A model generated the notes under the pieces. The model did no database searches and had not been told where the DNA came from. It saw only the letters and a list, made by a program, of their open reading frames with translations. The position numbers were made by a program, and so were the translations under genes. Below are positions 51,689 through 62,028 of a stretch of DNA of 64,000 nt, piece by piece (positions within the stretch are counted from its first letter, which is position 1; each line of letters opens with the position of its first letter). This DNA is from an uncultured Alphaproteobacteria bacterium (lineage in GTDB: Bacteria > Pseudomonadota > Alphaproteobacteria > Rhodobacterales > Rhodobacteraceae), in the NCBI GenBank assembly GCA_902581005.1, contig CACHMT010000007.1, positions 3,201 to 67,200 on the forward strand, in the 5' to 3' direction.

Positions 51689-52762
51689 ATGGATTTTAGA
51701 GACTTATGGGAATCTGTACCATATCCAGCATTCGTATTAAATGTTAAAAATGAAATTAAGTTAGCTAACCCGTTATCGCAGCAATATTGTGAAACCTCTC
51801 TTTATCGTTTAGTAGGCAAAAAGCTAAGTAGCTACATTGGACCAAATAGTGCAGTTTTCGAAGTGCTTGATAAAATAAGTAGTAATTCATCCGCAGTTGT
51901 AAAGTTCGATGTGCCAATAAATTGGAAAAATAAGGGAAATCAAATTTTTGATATGTACGCAATAAGTGTTGAAACTGGTTTAAGTAATTTAATTTTCTTT
52001 CATCCAAAACGCCTTAAGGGTAAAATGGAGCAGGCTTTATTAAATCAAAATTCCATTAAATCAGTAAGTGCTATGGGATCGGTGCTATCTCATGAGATCA
52101 AAAATCCTCTTGCGAGTATTGTTGGTGCGGCGCAATTGCTTGAAAGTTCAAATGTAAAAAACAAGAAAGCTTTAACACAAATCATTCTTGAAGAAGCTAA
52201 GAGAATTGAGAGCATTGTTGATAGGGTTCAACTGTTGGGAGAGGTTAATAGGCTAGATTTTGACGTATTAAATATTCATGATGTAATTGACAAAGTGAAA
52301 AGAAGTGCTTCGCAGGGATACGGTTCGCACGTCTCATTTGAAGAAAATTATGACCCTTCAATACCTCATGTAAACGGGGACTTTGAATTGCTCACCCAAG
52401 CTTTTCATAACATAATTAAAAATTCTTGTGAGGCTGTTGGCAAAAAGGGAGGGCGGATAACTATAAAGACCTCTTTCTATTCTGGGTTGGCTCTAGGTTC
52501 TATTGGAGAAAAAAATAAAAGGCTTCAGTTAATGATAACCTTTTCCGATAATGGACCAGGGGTATCAAAGAATATTTTATCTGATATATTTGATCCATTT
52601 AGTACAACAAAAATGGGAGGATCTGGTCTTGGGTTACCTTTAGTCGCTAAGATAATCTCTGAACATGGTGGCTTTGTTGAACTAGACGATTTGTCCGAAG
52701 GAGCATGTTTTAAAATTTATCTTCCAGCTGGCGATACGTCCTTTTCTGAAGGGATGCACTAG
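51689..52762 (+). CDS. ntrB: nitrogen-regulation sensor histidine kinase NtrB
   Basis: Cytoplasmic PAS-like N-terminus, H-box LSHEIKNPLASI, N/G boxes (HNIIKNSCEA, DNGPGV, GGSGLGL). Followed by ntrC with a 1-nt overlap. Confidence 0.88.
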   Translation: MDFRDLWESVPYPAFVLNVKNEIKLANPLSQQYCETSLYRLVGKKLSSYIGPNSAVFEVLDKISSNSSAVVKFDVPINWKNKGNQIFDMYAISVETGLSNLIFFHPKRLKGKMEQALLNQNSIKSVSAMGSVLSHEIKNPLASIVGAAQLLESSNVKNKKALTQIILEEAKRIESIVDRVQLLGEVNRLDFDVLNIHDVIDKVKRSASQGYGSHVSFEENYDPSIPHVNGDFELLTQAFHNIIKNSCEAVGKKGGRITIKTSFYSGLALGSIGEKNKRLQLMITFSDNGPGVSKNILSDIFDPFSTTKMGGSGLGLPLVAKIISEHGGFVELDDLSEGACFKIYLPAGDTSFSEGMH

Positions 52763-54174
52763 TGGAAGGAAATGTAATAATTGCAGATGATGATCGATCG
52801 CTGAGAATGATATTAGCTCAAGCATTATCGCGTGCTGGCTGTAAAGTAAGAGCAACAGGTACTCTAAGTACTTTATGGCGTTGGCTTGAAGATGGTGAGG
52901 GTGAAGTTCTAGTAACGGATGTTATGATGCCTGATGGAGACACTTTAGAGCTTATTCCGAGAATAAAAAGGAAACGACCTGATATGCCAATAATTGTGAT
53001 GTCTGCAAAAAACAATCTAAATACTGCTATGCGGGCAAATCAATTTGGTGCTTATCAATATTTACCAAAACCATTTGATTTAAAAGATCTGATTTCATCT
53101 GTGAATACAGCAATTAAGTTGAGGTCAAACTCTTCACCAAATTTAAGAAACAACTTGTCAAAAGGTGATAATCATTTGGAAGACAATTTACCGATAGTTG
53201 GTAGTTCGCCTGTGATGCAAAATATTTACCGTATTTTGTCAAAAGTAATCGATACGGATTTCAATATACTTATAGAGGGAAAATCAGGGACTGGAAAAAA
53301 TTTAATAGCAAAGGTTCTGCATGATTTTGGAACCAGGAGAGGCAAGTGTTTTTTAAGCGTCAACCTTTCGCTAATGTCGTTAAAAGAATTACAAGATATT
53401 TTTTCAGAAAATTTTGAAGGTCAAAGTGATAAAATCGTTGGAACTTTATTTTTGGATGAAATAAGTAATGCAAATATTGAGGTGCAAAACTTTATTCTTT
53501 CTGTACTTAATAAAAGGGAATCTTCAAAAAAAGGTTATAAAGATGTTAAAATCGTAAGCTCTTCAAGACAAGATCTAAAGGAAGCTATCGAAAATGGCAG
53601 ATTTCGTGAAGACTTATATTATCGACTAAATGAGGTTTCACTTGTGATCCCGCTACTTGAGGAAAGACTAGGGGATATTCCAGAGCTTGCTAGACACTTT
53701 TTAAAAGAGTTTTCAAATAATGATAATGAGACTAAATCGCTAACAAAAGGTGCTGTAGAACTTATTAAAAAGAAAAAGTGGTCAGGGAATGTTAGGGAAT
53801 TAAAAAATTTTATTGGCCGACTTTCATTAGTCTCCAATACCGACATTATAGATGAAAAAATTACGAAGCATGAACTTGCAATGATTACACCCGAAGAATC
53901 TGATTTAAACTCACTGGAGGGATCAAGAATATCAAAGTCTCTTGAAATGCATTTATCCCATTATTTTCGATCACTTGGAGATAGCTTGCCTGCCCCAGGC
54001 TTATATCAAACGGTTTTAAAGGAAGTAGAAGTACCTTTAATAAACTTGACTCTTGCTTTATGTGACGGCAATCAAATAAAAGCGGCTAACTTGCTCGGAA
54101 TTAATAGAAATACATTGAGAAAAAAAATTAAAGACTATGATTTAGTTGTTACACGTGGTAAAAAATTGATGTAA
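52762..54174 (+). CDS. ntrC: NtrC-family response regulator (receiver + AAA+ + Fis-type HTH) lacking the GAFTGA loop
   Basis: Receiver domain (DDD...D...MPDGD, K in LPKPF). AAA+ core (GKSGTGKN Walker A, LFLDEI Walker B, FREDLYYRL). C-terminal HTH (AANLLGINRNTLRKKI). GAFTGA region absent (see finding). Confidence 0.88.
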   Translation: MEGNVIIADDDRSLRMILAQALSRAGCKVRATGTLSTLWRWLEDGEGEVLVTDVMMPDGDTLELIPRIKRKRPDMPIIVMSAKNNLNTAMRANQFGAYQYLPKPFDLKDLISSVNTAIKLRSNSSPNLRNNLSKGDNHLEDNLPIVGSSPVMQNIYRILSKVIDTDFNILIEGKSGTGKNLIAKVLHDFGTRRGKCFLSVNLSLMSLKELQDIFSENFEGQSDKIVGTLFLDEISNANIEVQNFILSVLNKRESSKKGYKDVKIVSSSRQDLKEAIENGRFREDLYYRLNEVSLVIPLLEERLGDIPELARHFLKEFSNNDNETKSLTKGAVELIKKKKWSGNVRELKNFIGRLSLVSNTDIIDEKITKHELAMITPEESDLNSLEGSRISKSLEMHLSHYFRSLGDSLPAPGLYQTVLKEVEVPLINLTLALCDGNQIKAANLLGINRNTLRKKIKDYDLVVTRGKKLM

Positions 54175-54185
54175 ATTTACAACAA

Positions 54186-56465
54186 ATGGGCAGACAGATT
54201 GTAAATACTGTTAAAAATAAAGATTTTATTAGTAATATTTTAGACAAATTTTTATTTTCTAATTTGGCTACATTTATTGTTGTTTTCCTAGGACCACTGT
54301 TGTCAATCATAACTTTTTTAGCTTTCAGTATTATAGAGGAGTCATCAAGACCAGAACTATTGTCGGCAATAATTGTATTAGATTTTCTCTATATATTTAT
54401 TGTAGGGGTATTAATCTTGCTCAAAGTCTCAAAAGTAGTTGTGAACCAAAGCAATAGAAGAGGAGGCTCTACACTTCATCTTAGGATTACCTCAGTTTTT
54501 TCAATACTAGCATTATCTCCCGCAATAATTGTAGCTGTCTTTGCAACTATATCTCTAAATTTTGGATTGGAGGACTGGTTTTCAGAAAAAGTTCAGAGGA
54601 TTGTAGGAAATTCATTGGAGTCAGCTCGGACATATAAGATGGAACATACCCAAAGTTTGAAAAATGATGCATTCTGGTTATCAAAAGTATTAAATGCTGA
54701 GAAGCAATTCAGACCTTTTTTGAGTGATGGTGATCTGCGAAAGATCCTAAATGTGAACCAACAAGAGGGTATATCTAAATCGTTTTTAATTAATTATTCA
54801 GGAGCACTAAAGGTTAGAGGCGATAGGAGCTACTTGTTCGATTTTAAGCCAGTAACAGATTTTGATGTGCTTGTTGCAAAAAATGAAGGAATTGCAGTTA
54901 TTGAGGATCTTGAAAACAATGAGTTTAGAGCCATTGTGTTTATGGAAGCGTTCCCTGACAGATTGCTTTACGTGACTAGAAACGTTGATGGTGAGGTTTT
55001 ATCTTTATTAGATCAAACAAAGGAGACTGTGATACTGTACGATAAGATTGAAAAAGAGAGAGGACAACTACTTTTTGAGTTTGGGCAGCTTTATTTAGGT
55101 TTTTCGATTGTACTAATCTTATCAGCCGTATGGTTTGCTCTATGGATTGCAGAGAGGTTAACAAAACCAGTGAGCAATTTGGTTACGGCCGTCGCAAAAG
55201 TTGCGGATGGCGATCTCACCGTGGAGGTTTCTGAAGAAAAAGGCAAAGATGAGGTCGCTATTCTCGGTAAAGTATTTAATAAAATGACGAGGCAAATAAA
55301 AAAGCAAAGAGACTCACTTTTATCAATCAATAGTAAAACAGAAGAACAAAAACGACAATTTGAAGCTGTTCTTGATGGTGCTTCAGGCGGAATAATTGGA
55401 ATAAATGCTGATGGAACAATCAAAGTAATTAACGTTGCTGCTGAAAAAATACTGGGGTTATCTGAGAATGAAGGCTTGAATGAGATTTTAAAAGATGTTG
55501 TACCAGAATTCATACCCTTATTTAATAAGGCCATGTTTCTAGATAACGGGTCGTTAGAAGAAGAAGTTGAAATCTTTAGAGAGAATATAAAAGAAAAGAT
55601 ATTTTTAAAAATTTCGATAATAAAATCTGATAAAGGCCAGCTAGAGGGTCACGTTTTTACATTCGATGACTTAACCGATTTGGTTGCAGCTCAGCGTTCT
55701 GCTGCATGGGGAGATGTAGCTAGAAGGGTAGCTCATGAAGTAAAAAACCCACTTACACCTATAAAATTGGCTGCAGAAAGATTAAAAAAGTATTTTTTTA
55801 GTTTAAATGAAAAGGACAAGCTTTCAGCTTCTGAGTATGCAAATATGATAATTAGACAAACGGAGAGCTTAAGTCGGTTGGTAACTGAGTTCAGTAACTT
55901 TTCTAGATTACCGTTGCCTAAAAAAGTGGAGCTTGATTTATGTAATCTAACGGAAAGCGCAATCTTATTACAAAAAGTTGCTCATAAGAATGTTATTTTT
56001 AAATTTAAAAAGAGTAACGATTCCATTCTAATTTTGGGAGATGGTCAATTGCTCAATCAAGCATTTGTAAATCTCATAAAAAACTCTATTGAATCAATAA
56101 ATTCTGCAAAGGAAAACGGATTAATTGATGAAATTAAGTCTTATGGTCAAGTAGAAGTAGATATTCAAACTCAAAATGATGAAGTTTGTGTGACCATTTT
56201 AGATAACGGAATAGGATTGCCAAAAAATGTTAATCGATTGTTCGAACCATATGTAACGAAAAAAAAAGAAGGTACCGGTTTGGGGTTATCAATTGTAAAA
56301 CGAATTATCGAAGATCACTTGGGTAGCTTATTTCTTCTGCCAGGCCGTAAAATGAAAGGTAGCGATCATTTTGGAGCTGAGGCAAAAATTATATTACCTA
56401 CGATTAAGTCCCAAAAACTAAAAATTGATCCAAAATTAAGCCTCAGAGGAGAGCAGAAAAAATGA
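54186..56465 (+). CDS. ntrY: sensor histidine kinase NtrY
   Basis: 759 aa. N-terminal multi-TM domain, HAMP (LTKPVSNLVTAVAKVADGDL), PAS, H-box VAHEVKNPLTPI, ATP-binding GTGLGLSIV. Confidence 0.9.
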   Translation: MGRQIVNTVKNKDFISNILDKFLFSNLATFIVVFLGPLLSIITFLAFSIIEESSRPELLSAIIVLDFLYIFIVGVLILLKVSKVVVNQSNRRGGSTLHLRITSVFSILALSPAIIVAVFATISLNFGLEDWFSEKVQRIVGNSLESARTYKMEHTQSLKNDAFWLSKVLNAEKQFRPFLSDGDLRKILNVNQQEGISKSFLINYSGALKVRGDRSYLFDFKPVTDFDVLVAKNEGIAVIEDLENNEFRAIVFMEAFPDRLLYVTRNVDGEVLSLLDQTKETVILYDKIEKERGQLLFEFGQLYLGFSIVLILSAVWFALWIAERLTKPVSNLVTAVAKVADGDLTVEVSEEKGKDEVAILGKVFNKMTRQIKKQRDSLLSINSKTEEQKRQFEAVLDGASGGIIGINADGTIKVINVAAEKILGLSENEGLNEILKDVVPEFIPLFNKAMFLDNGSLEEEVEIFRENIKEKIFLKISIIKSDKGQLEGHVFTFDDLTDLVAAQRSAAWGDVARRVAHEVKNPLTPIKLAAERLKKYFFSLNEKDKLSASEYANMIIRQTESLSRLVTEFSNFSRLPLPKKVELDLCNLTESAILLQKVAHKNVIFKFKKSNDSILILGDGQLLNQAFVNLIKNSIESINSAKENGLIDEIKSYGQVEVDIQTQNDEVCVTILDNGIGLPKNVNRLFEPYVTKKKEGTGLGLSIVKRIIEDHLGSLFLLPGRKMKGSDHFGAEAKIILPTIKSQKLKIDPKLSLRGEQKK

Positions 56466-57841
56466 GTTATATACTCGTAGTTGATGACGAAAAAGATATT
56501 AGAGATCTGATTAGCCAGATCTTATTTGAAGAGGGTCATACAGTAAAGTTAGCTCAAAACTCAACTTCTGCAATCGATTACATTAATAATGAGGAGCCAG
56601 TCCTTATTATATTAGATATTTGGCTAAAAGATAGCGAAATGGATGGTATTGAGATCCTAAAATCAGTAAGGCAAAATAATCCTTTATGTCCTGTAGTTGT
56701 AATATCTGGCCACGGGAACATAGAAATAGCGGTTGCAGCTGTTAAACAAGGTGCATACGACTTTATCGAAAAACCTTTTAATATTGATCAACTACTGCTT
56801 GTTATAAATAGGGCTTTAGAAACATCACGTTTAAGAAAAGAAGTTTTTTCTCTTCAAAATAAAGAAATTAATGAAAGCAAGATGGTTGGTGGAACCGGCG
56901 CTTTTAAAATTTTAAGACAAAAGCTGGATAAATTGATTAAATCGAATGGACGAATACTTATTTCGGGTCCATCTGGGTCTGGAAAAGAAATTGCTGCAAG
57001 ATATATCCATCAAAACTCGCAACGTGCAAATAATAGATTTTTAACTGTTGCATGTGCATCTATCCAATCTGAAAAAATGGAAGAGCTCCTTTTTGGTCAA
57101 GAGAATGAAGGAAAAATTAACCCAGGACTTTTTGAGCGAGCTCATGGGGGAACATTGTTCTTTGATGAAGTTGCAGATCTACCCATTGGTACGCAAGCAA
57201 AAATATTAAGAATTTTAGTTGATCAAGTTTTTTTTAGGGTTGGCGGTAAAAATGTCGTCAGAGTGAATTGCAGAATAATTTCTTCTACTTCAAAGGACCT
57301 GGCAATTGAGATAGACAAAGGCAACTTTAAAGAAGAGCTTTATCATAGGTTTAACGTGGTGCCGATAAGAATTCCATCTCTTGAAGAGAGAATTCTCGAT
57401 ATCCCTTTATTATCCACTCATTTTATCGATTGGTTAGCTAAAAATGAAGGCTTGCCAAATAAACAATTGACAGAATCTGCTATTAGAAAATTACAAAATA
57501 TGAGCTGGCCAGGAAATATTAGGCAGTTAAAAAATACTATTGAACGAGCACTTATTTTAGGCGCTAGTAAAACCGTTGTTAATCCTGATGATATTTTTGA
57601 GTTTATAGAGGCTGAAAAAAATAATTTCCAGGGTAATGTATTGGACTTTAATAGCGAGTTTTTTGCAGATAAATCACTAAGATCAGCTAGAGAAGAATTT
57701 GAAAGAGCTTACTTAAAGTACCAAATTAATAAGTTTGGTGGAAATGTGTCAAAGACGGCAAGTTATGTTGGAATGGAAAGGTCTGCACTTCACAGAAAAA
57801 TGAAATTATTAAATATTGAAAGCACATTAAAAGAAAAATAA
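56462..57841 (+). CDS. ntrX: response regulator NtrX
   Basis: Receiver domain (ILVVDDEKDIRDL, ILDIWL), AAA+ core (GPSGSGKE, LFFDEV), C-terminal HTH (KTASYVGMERSALHRKM). 4-nt overlap with ntrY. Confidence 0.9.
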   Translation: MSYILVVDDEKDIRDLISQILFEEGHTVKLAQNSTSAIDYINNEEPVLIILDIWLKDSEMDGIEILKSVRQNNPLCPVVVISGHGNIEIAVAAVKQGAYDFIEKPFNIDQLLLVINRALETSRLRKEVFSLQNKEINESKMVGGTGAFKILRQKLDKLIKSNGRILISGPSGSGKEIAARYIHQNSQRANNRFLTVACASIQSEKMEELLFGQENEGKINPGLFERAHGGTLFFDEVADLPIGTQAKILRILVDQVFFRVGGKNVVRVNCRIISSTSKDLAIEIDKGNFKEELYHRFNVVPIRIPSLEERILDIPLLSTHFIDWLAKNEGLPNKQLTESAIRKLQNMSWPGNIRQLKNTIERALILGASKTVVNPDDIFEFIEAEKNNFQGNVLDFNSEFFADKSLRSAREEFERAYLKYQINKFGGNVSKTASYVGMERSALHRKMKLLNIESTLKEK

Positions 57842-57862
57842 CAAACTTATAAAGGAAAAATA

Positions 57863-59242
57863 ATGAAAATTATAGTTTGTGGTGCCGGTCAAGTTGGCTT
57901 ACAAATAGCAAAGCATCTTTCTGACGAAAGAATGGACGTGATAGTTATTGATAAATCGTCAGACTTAATTAAGAAAGTAGTTGATGAGTTAGATGTTTCT
58001 GCTGTCTGTGGCTATGCTTCTTATCCAAACGTTTTGGAGCGCGCTGGAGCACATGATGCAGATATGATTATCGCAGCTACTCTGTCTGATGAAGTTAATA
58101 TGGTTACATGCCAAATTGCACATTCTATATTTTCTATTCCGAGAAAAATTGCTAGAATCAGATCCAATTTTTATCTCGAGGAAAATTATTCTAGCTATTA
58201 TCGTTCTGATCATCTGCCAATAGATGAGATAATATCTCCTGAGAGGGAGATTGCTGAAGGTTTATTGAAACGGTTAGAGGTTCCTGTTGCTTTTGAAGCT
58301 ACAGAGTTTTTAGATGGGTCTGCTGTCTTGATAGGTCTTACTTTAAAAGAAGAGTGTGCAGTATTATCAACTCCTTTAAGGCAGTTATCCGAGCTTTTTT
58401 CTACTCTTAATGCTATTGTAGTTGGAATAAGAAGGGGCAATAATCTTTTTGTTCCAGATCCTGAAGATGAATTGCAAACGAATGATAATATTTACATTTT
58501 TAGCGATAAAAAAGATCTAAGTCGTACTATTGAGATTTTTGATAAAAAAAGTTTTATTGGTAAGTCAATAGTGATCTTAGGAATGGGGGCTATAGGACAA
58601 AGTTGTGCTAAAATGCTAGAAAATAAGAAAAACGAGGGTATCAATGTTAAGGTTATAGAAAAATCAAAAGATAGGGCAGTCGATGCAGCTGAGTTTCTGG
58701 AGAAGACGGTTGTTTTGAACGGAGATGGCCTTGATACCGAGACTTTGGAAGAAGCTAATGTTGGCATATCAGATTTCTTTGTAGCTTTAACTGATGACGA
58801 TAAAACAAATTTAATTGCTTGTTCAAAAGCAAAGGCATTTGGTTGCAAGTTTACGATGGCGCTAATTAATGACCCTTCATTAGATAAATTGATTGCTACG
58901 ATGGGAATAGATTCTTTTATTAGCCCAAAGTCGATTACGGTCTCATCAATTTTACGTCACATAAGGCACGGAATGGTAAGGTCTGTATATTCTTTAGGTG
59001 ACGGAGAAGCTGAAGTTTTGGAGTTTCGCGTGCTAGAATCTTCACCTATTGCAGGTAAAACTTTAAAAGACGTAGATTGGCCCAAAGATTCCTTGGTCGG
59101 TTTATTAAAGAAAGATACTGAAGTCTTAGTGCCCAGAGGTAGTACCAGATTCGAGGCGGGAGATGTCTTAACAGTGTTCTGTTTACGGGATGACATAAAT
59201 AAGGTAGAAAATTTGTTTCAAGTGGGCGTAGACTTTTTTTAA
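57863..59242 (+). CDS. trkA: Trk potassium uptake system protein TrkA
   Basis: 459 aa with duplicated RCK N/C domains and two Rossmann motifs (IIVCGAGQVG, IVILGMGAIG). Confidence 0.92.
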   Translation: MKIIVCGAGQVGLQIAKHLSDERMDVIVIDKSSDLIKKVVDELDVSAVCGYASYPNVLERAGAHDADMIIAATLSDEVNMVTCQIAHSIFSIPRKIARIRSNFYLEENYSSYYRSDHLPIDEIISPEREIAEGLLKRLEVPVAFEATEFLDGSAVLIGLTLKEECAVLSTPLRQLSELFSTLNAIVVGIRRGNNLFVPDPEDELQTNDNIYIFSDKKDLSRTIEIFDKKSFIGKSIVILGMGAIGQSCAKMLENKKNEGINVKVIEKSKDRAVDAAEFLEKTVVLNGDGLDTETLEEANVGISDFFVALTDDDKTNLIACSKAKAFGCKFTMALINDPSLDKLIATMGIDSFISPKSITVSSILRHIRHGMVRSVYSLGDGEAEVLEFRVLESSPIAGKTLKDVDWPKDSLVGLLKKDTEVLVPRGSTRFEAGDVLTVFCLRDDINKVENLFQVGVDFF

Positions 59243-59284
59243 AAAAGTGTTAATTTAAAATCCGATCATAAAAGGCATTAGAAA

Positions 59285-59527
59285 ATGGCGTCATCACAAT
59301 CAAGTTTGCAAGATACATTTCTTAACTCTGTAAGAAAAAATAGAAACCCTGTGACGCTTTATTTGGTAAATGGGGTCAAACTTCAGGGGGTTATTACTTG
59401 GTTTGATAACTTTTCCGTTCTTTTAAGGAGAGAGGGAACGGTTCAGCTTGTCTATAAACATGCTATTTCAACCATTATGCCCTCGCTTCCTATTGATCTC
59501 TCAGGTGAAGACAGTCAAGAAGAGTAG
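59285..59527 (+). CDS. hfq: RNA chaperone Hfq
   Basis: 80 aa with Sm1/Sm2 motifs: [40 protein letters not shown]...[11 protein letters not shown]. Confidence 0.97.
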   Translation: MASSQSSLQDTFLNSVRKNRNPVTLYLVNGVKLQGVITWFDNFSVLLRREGTVQLVYKHAISTIMPSLPIDLSGEDSQEE

Positions 59528-59537
59528 AATTTAGACT

Positions 59538-60797
59538 TTGCTTACTTATGTTATTTCTGTAATTTTTCAGGACCAACACAATAACTATTTTAAAAATGAT
59601 GAATTTTTTCATTTAGCACAATCATTAAGCGCTTTAAGTATAAAAAAAAATACCGTTATACGTTTAAAGAAAAGTCACCCAGCTTTTTTTCTTTCGAAGG
59701 GACACCTGCATAACATCAGAAATTATGTTGCAGATAATGATATTGGACTTGTTTTAATAGATAATCCTTTGTCTCCGGTTCAACAAAGAAATCTTGAAAA
59801 AAAGCTTATTGTCAAAGTTCTTGACAGAACTGGTCTGGTTTTAGAGATTTTTGGGAGTAGAGCTCAATCGAAAGAGGGGATGCTACAAGTAGAACTCGCG
59901 CATCTCTTGCATCAAAAATCACGTTTGGTAAGAAGCTGGACTCATTTAGAAAGACAGAGAGGTGGGAAAGGGTTTCTTGGTGGACCTGGAGAAACTCAGA
60001 TTGAATCTGATAGAAGAAGCCTAGCATCTAAAATAGTTAACATTAGAAAATCGATCAGCAAAGTTAGAAAGACTAGAAATGTACAAAGAAACCAAAGATT
60101 AAAAAATAGTACACCTTTGGTTTCCTTTGTAGGTTATACAAACGCTGGGAAATCAACGCTATTCAATGCCTTTCCAAACAAAAAAACAAAGGCAGAAAAT
60201 AGGCTATTTTCAACTCTTGATCCTTATTTAAAAAAATGTGGGTCTCACAAAAAAGAGTATATAATTTCTGATACCGTTGGATTTATAAGAGATCTACCTA
60301 CTTCGTTAGTCATAGCTTTTAGAGCAACACTAGAAGAAATTGGTTTTTCAGACCTTATTGTTCATGTAGTAGATGTATCAGACGAATACGCGGATAAAAA
60401 TGCCGAAGTGGTCTATAATACTTTAGAAGCGTTAGGTGTAGATACTGGAGATAAAAATAGAATTATTGAAGTTCATAACAAAATTGACATCAGTGTTCGT
60501 CAAAGGTTTCAGCCCTTTTTAAAAGGACTGAAAAAGGACAAAATTTTTTCTATTTCTGCAGAAAAAAAACAGGGTCTAGAGAGTCTTTTCCAAGGAATTG
60601 AGTCGAAATTATATAAACAAATAATACAGGAGAATATTATTTTAGATGTAAGTGAAACGGAAAAAATTAAGTGGCTTTATCAAAATCAGTTAGTTAAATC
60701 CTCTGTGTTGAGAAATAGAGATATAAAACTTGAGTTGATTTGGGATTGTGAAGAGAGACAAAAATTTAATGAAATTTTTTTGGGGACGGTTTTATAA
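59538..60797 (+). CDS. hflX: GTPase HflX
   Basis: HflX N-domain (RTGLVLEIFGSRAQSKEGMLQVELAHL, GPGETQIESDRR). G motifs GYTNAGKST and DTVGF, plus NKID. Canonical hfq-hflX pair. Confidence 0.94.
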   Translation: MLTYVISVIFQDQHNNYFKNDEFFHLAQSLSALSIKKNTVIRLKKSHPAFFLSKGHLHNIRNYVADNDIGLVLIDNPLSPVQQRNLEKKLIVKVLDRTGLVLEIFGSRAQSKEGMLQVELAHLLHQKSRLVRSWTHLERQRGGKGFLGGPGETQIESDRRSLASKIVNIRKSISKVRKTRNVQRNQRLKNSTPLVSFVGYTNAGKSTLFNAFPNKKTKAENRLFSTLDPYLKKCGSHKKEYIISDTVGFIRDLPTSLVIAFRATLEEIGFSDLIVHVVDVSDEYADKNAEVVYNTLEALGVDTGDKNRIIEVHNKIDISVRQRFQPFLKGLKKDKIFSISAEKKQGLESLFQGIESKLYKQIIQENIILDVSETEKIKWLYQNQLVKSSVLRNRDIKLELIWDCEERQKFNEIFLGTVL

Positions 60798-61440
60798 TTT
60801 GAAAGAACGGAGAAATATCAAAGTCTTTTGGTAAACAATAAGTAGGATGGCGCAATACTATTGACTTGAACTTATCTTTAAATGGGAGAATCGGATGGCC
60901 TATTTCCTTGAATGCTTCCGCGATTAGGGTAGAACAAATAGCTCTTGTTGGATCTCCAGCGCCAATTCCAATTAAATTCCTTCTAAGCTTTCTTGGAACT
61001 GGCGGATTTGGAAAAATGTATCTAATTAAGTCTATAATGTTTTTTAAATCATATTTTGAACCTACTTTTTTAATTAAATAATCAATTAGAATTTTTCTTT
61101 TTTTATTATTTAAGAACATCGGTCTACATATCCTAAGATTATGGTGCATATAAACATCAATATCTGTAAATTTGCATCCATCAACTGCCTTAACTTCAAT
61201 TAAACAGTGACTAGAAGCAAATGATTCACCGATAAAAATTGCAGCATGAGACCAATTAGAACTGGTAATGAATTGAATTGCAGTGCTTACCCGACTCTGT
61301 CCCTCAACCAAAACCACATCACCCGGTTCTAAAGCAGATTTTATATCATCGATACTAATTCGGAAGTAATGATCTTCATATATATGCTCCTTAGTTAGAT
61401 ACTTTGCTAGTTGGGTGCCGATGAGTTGTAATAACATCAA
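60766..61440 (-). CDS. YiiX-like permuted papain-fold (NlpC/P60 superfamily) putative hydrolase
   Basis: 224 aa with PGDVVLV...WSHAAIFIG (His) preceding ...RAICSTLIAEAF (Cys). This is the circularly permuted catalytic order typical of the YiiX/YaeF group. 32-nt convergent overlap with hflX. Confidence 0.55.
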   Translation of the reverse strand: MMLLQLIGTQLAKYLTKEHIYEDHYFRISIDDIKSALEPGDVVLVEGQSRVSTAIQFITSSNWSHAAIFIGESFASSHCLIEVKAVDGCKFTDIDVYMHHNLRICRPMFLNNKKRKILIDYLIKKVGSKYDLKNIIDLIRYIFPNPPVPRKLRRNLIGIGAGDPTRAICSTLIAEAFKEIGHPILPFKDKFKSIVLRHPTYCLPKDFDISPFFQIIKPSPKKFH

Positions 61441-61446
61441 ATTTGT

Positions 61447-62025
61447 TTAGCTCTCCATTAGTTGGCGCCAGTGTATTCTACATAGGGACTCATACAAATC
61501 ATTTCCTCCGATTTGTATTTGAGATCCATCTTTAATAGGTTTGTTGTTAGTGGATTTTCTTACCACCATAGTAGCTTTTTTCCCGCAATGGCAAATTGTC
61601 TTTATTTCTTTTAATTCATCTGCTAGGCCCAGTAGTGCAGATGATCCTGGAAATAGATTACCCTGAAAGTCAACCCTTAGTCCGTAACACAAAACTGGTA
61701 GAAAGAGGTCATCAACAGCTCTTGCCAGTTGCCATACTTGTTCTTTGGTTAAGAATTGAGCTTCATCAATTAAAACACACGCAATTGGAGAGCTTTTTTG
61801 CTTTGATTTCAGAAGGTTATATAAGTTTAGTCTGTTGTTAAATGTATCAGCTCGCTTCTCTATCCCTATCCTACTAGCTATTTTCCCTTCACCAGATCTA
61901 TTGTCAATTTCTGCTGTTAAAAGATAGGGCACCATACCCCTTTCCTCATAGTTATGCGCGGCTTGTAACAGAATTGTTGATTTTCCTGCATTCATAGTTG
62001 AATAATTGAAAAATAACTTAGCCAT
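61447..62025 (-). CDS. tdk: thymidine kinase
   Basis: P-loop YSTMNAGKSTILL, IDEAQFL, C-terminal zinc ribbon CHCGKKAT...CRIHW. Confidence 0.95.
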   Translation of the reverse strand: MAKLFFNYSTMNAGKSTILLQAAHNYEERGMVPYLLTAEIDNRSGEGKIASRIGIEKRADTFNNRLNLYNLLKSKQKSSPIACVLIDEAQFLTKEQVWQLARAVDDLFLPVLCYGLRVDFQGNLFPGSSALLGLADELKEIKTICHCGKKATMVVRKSTNNKPIKDGSQIQIGGNDLYESLCRIHWRQLMES

Positions 62026-62028
62026 ACC

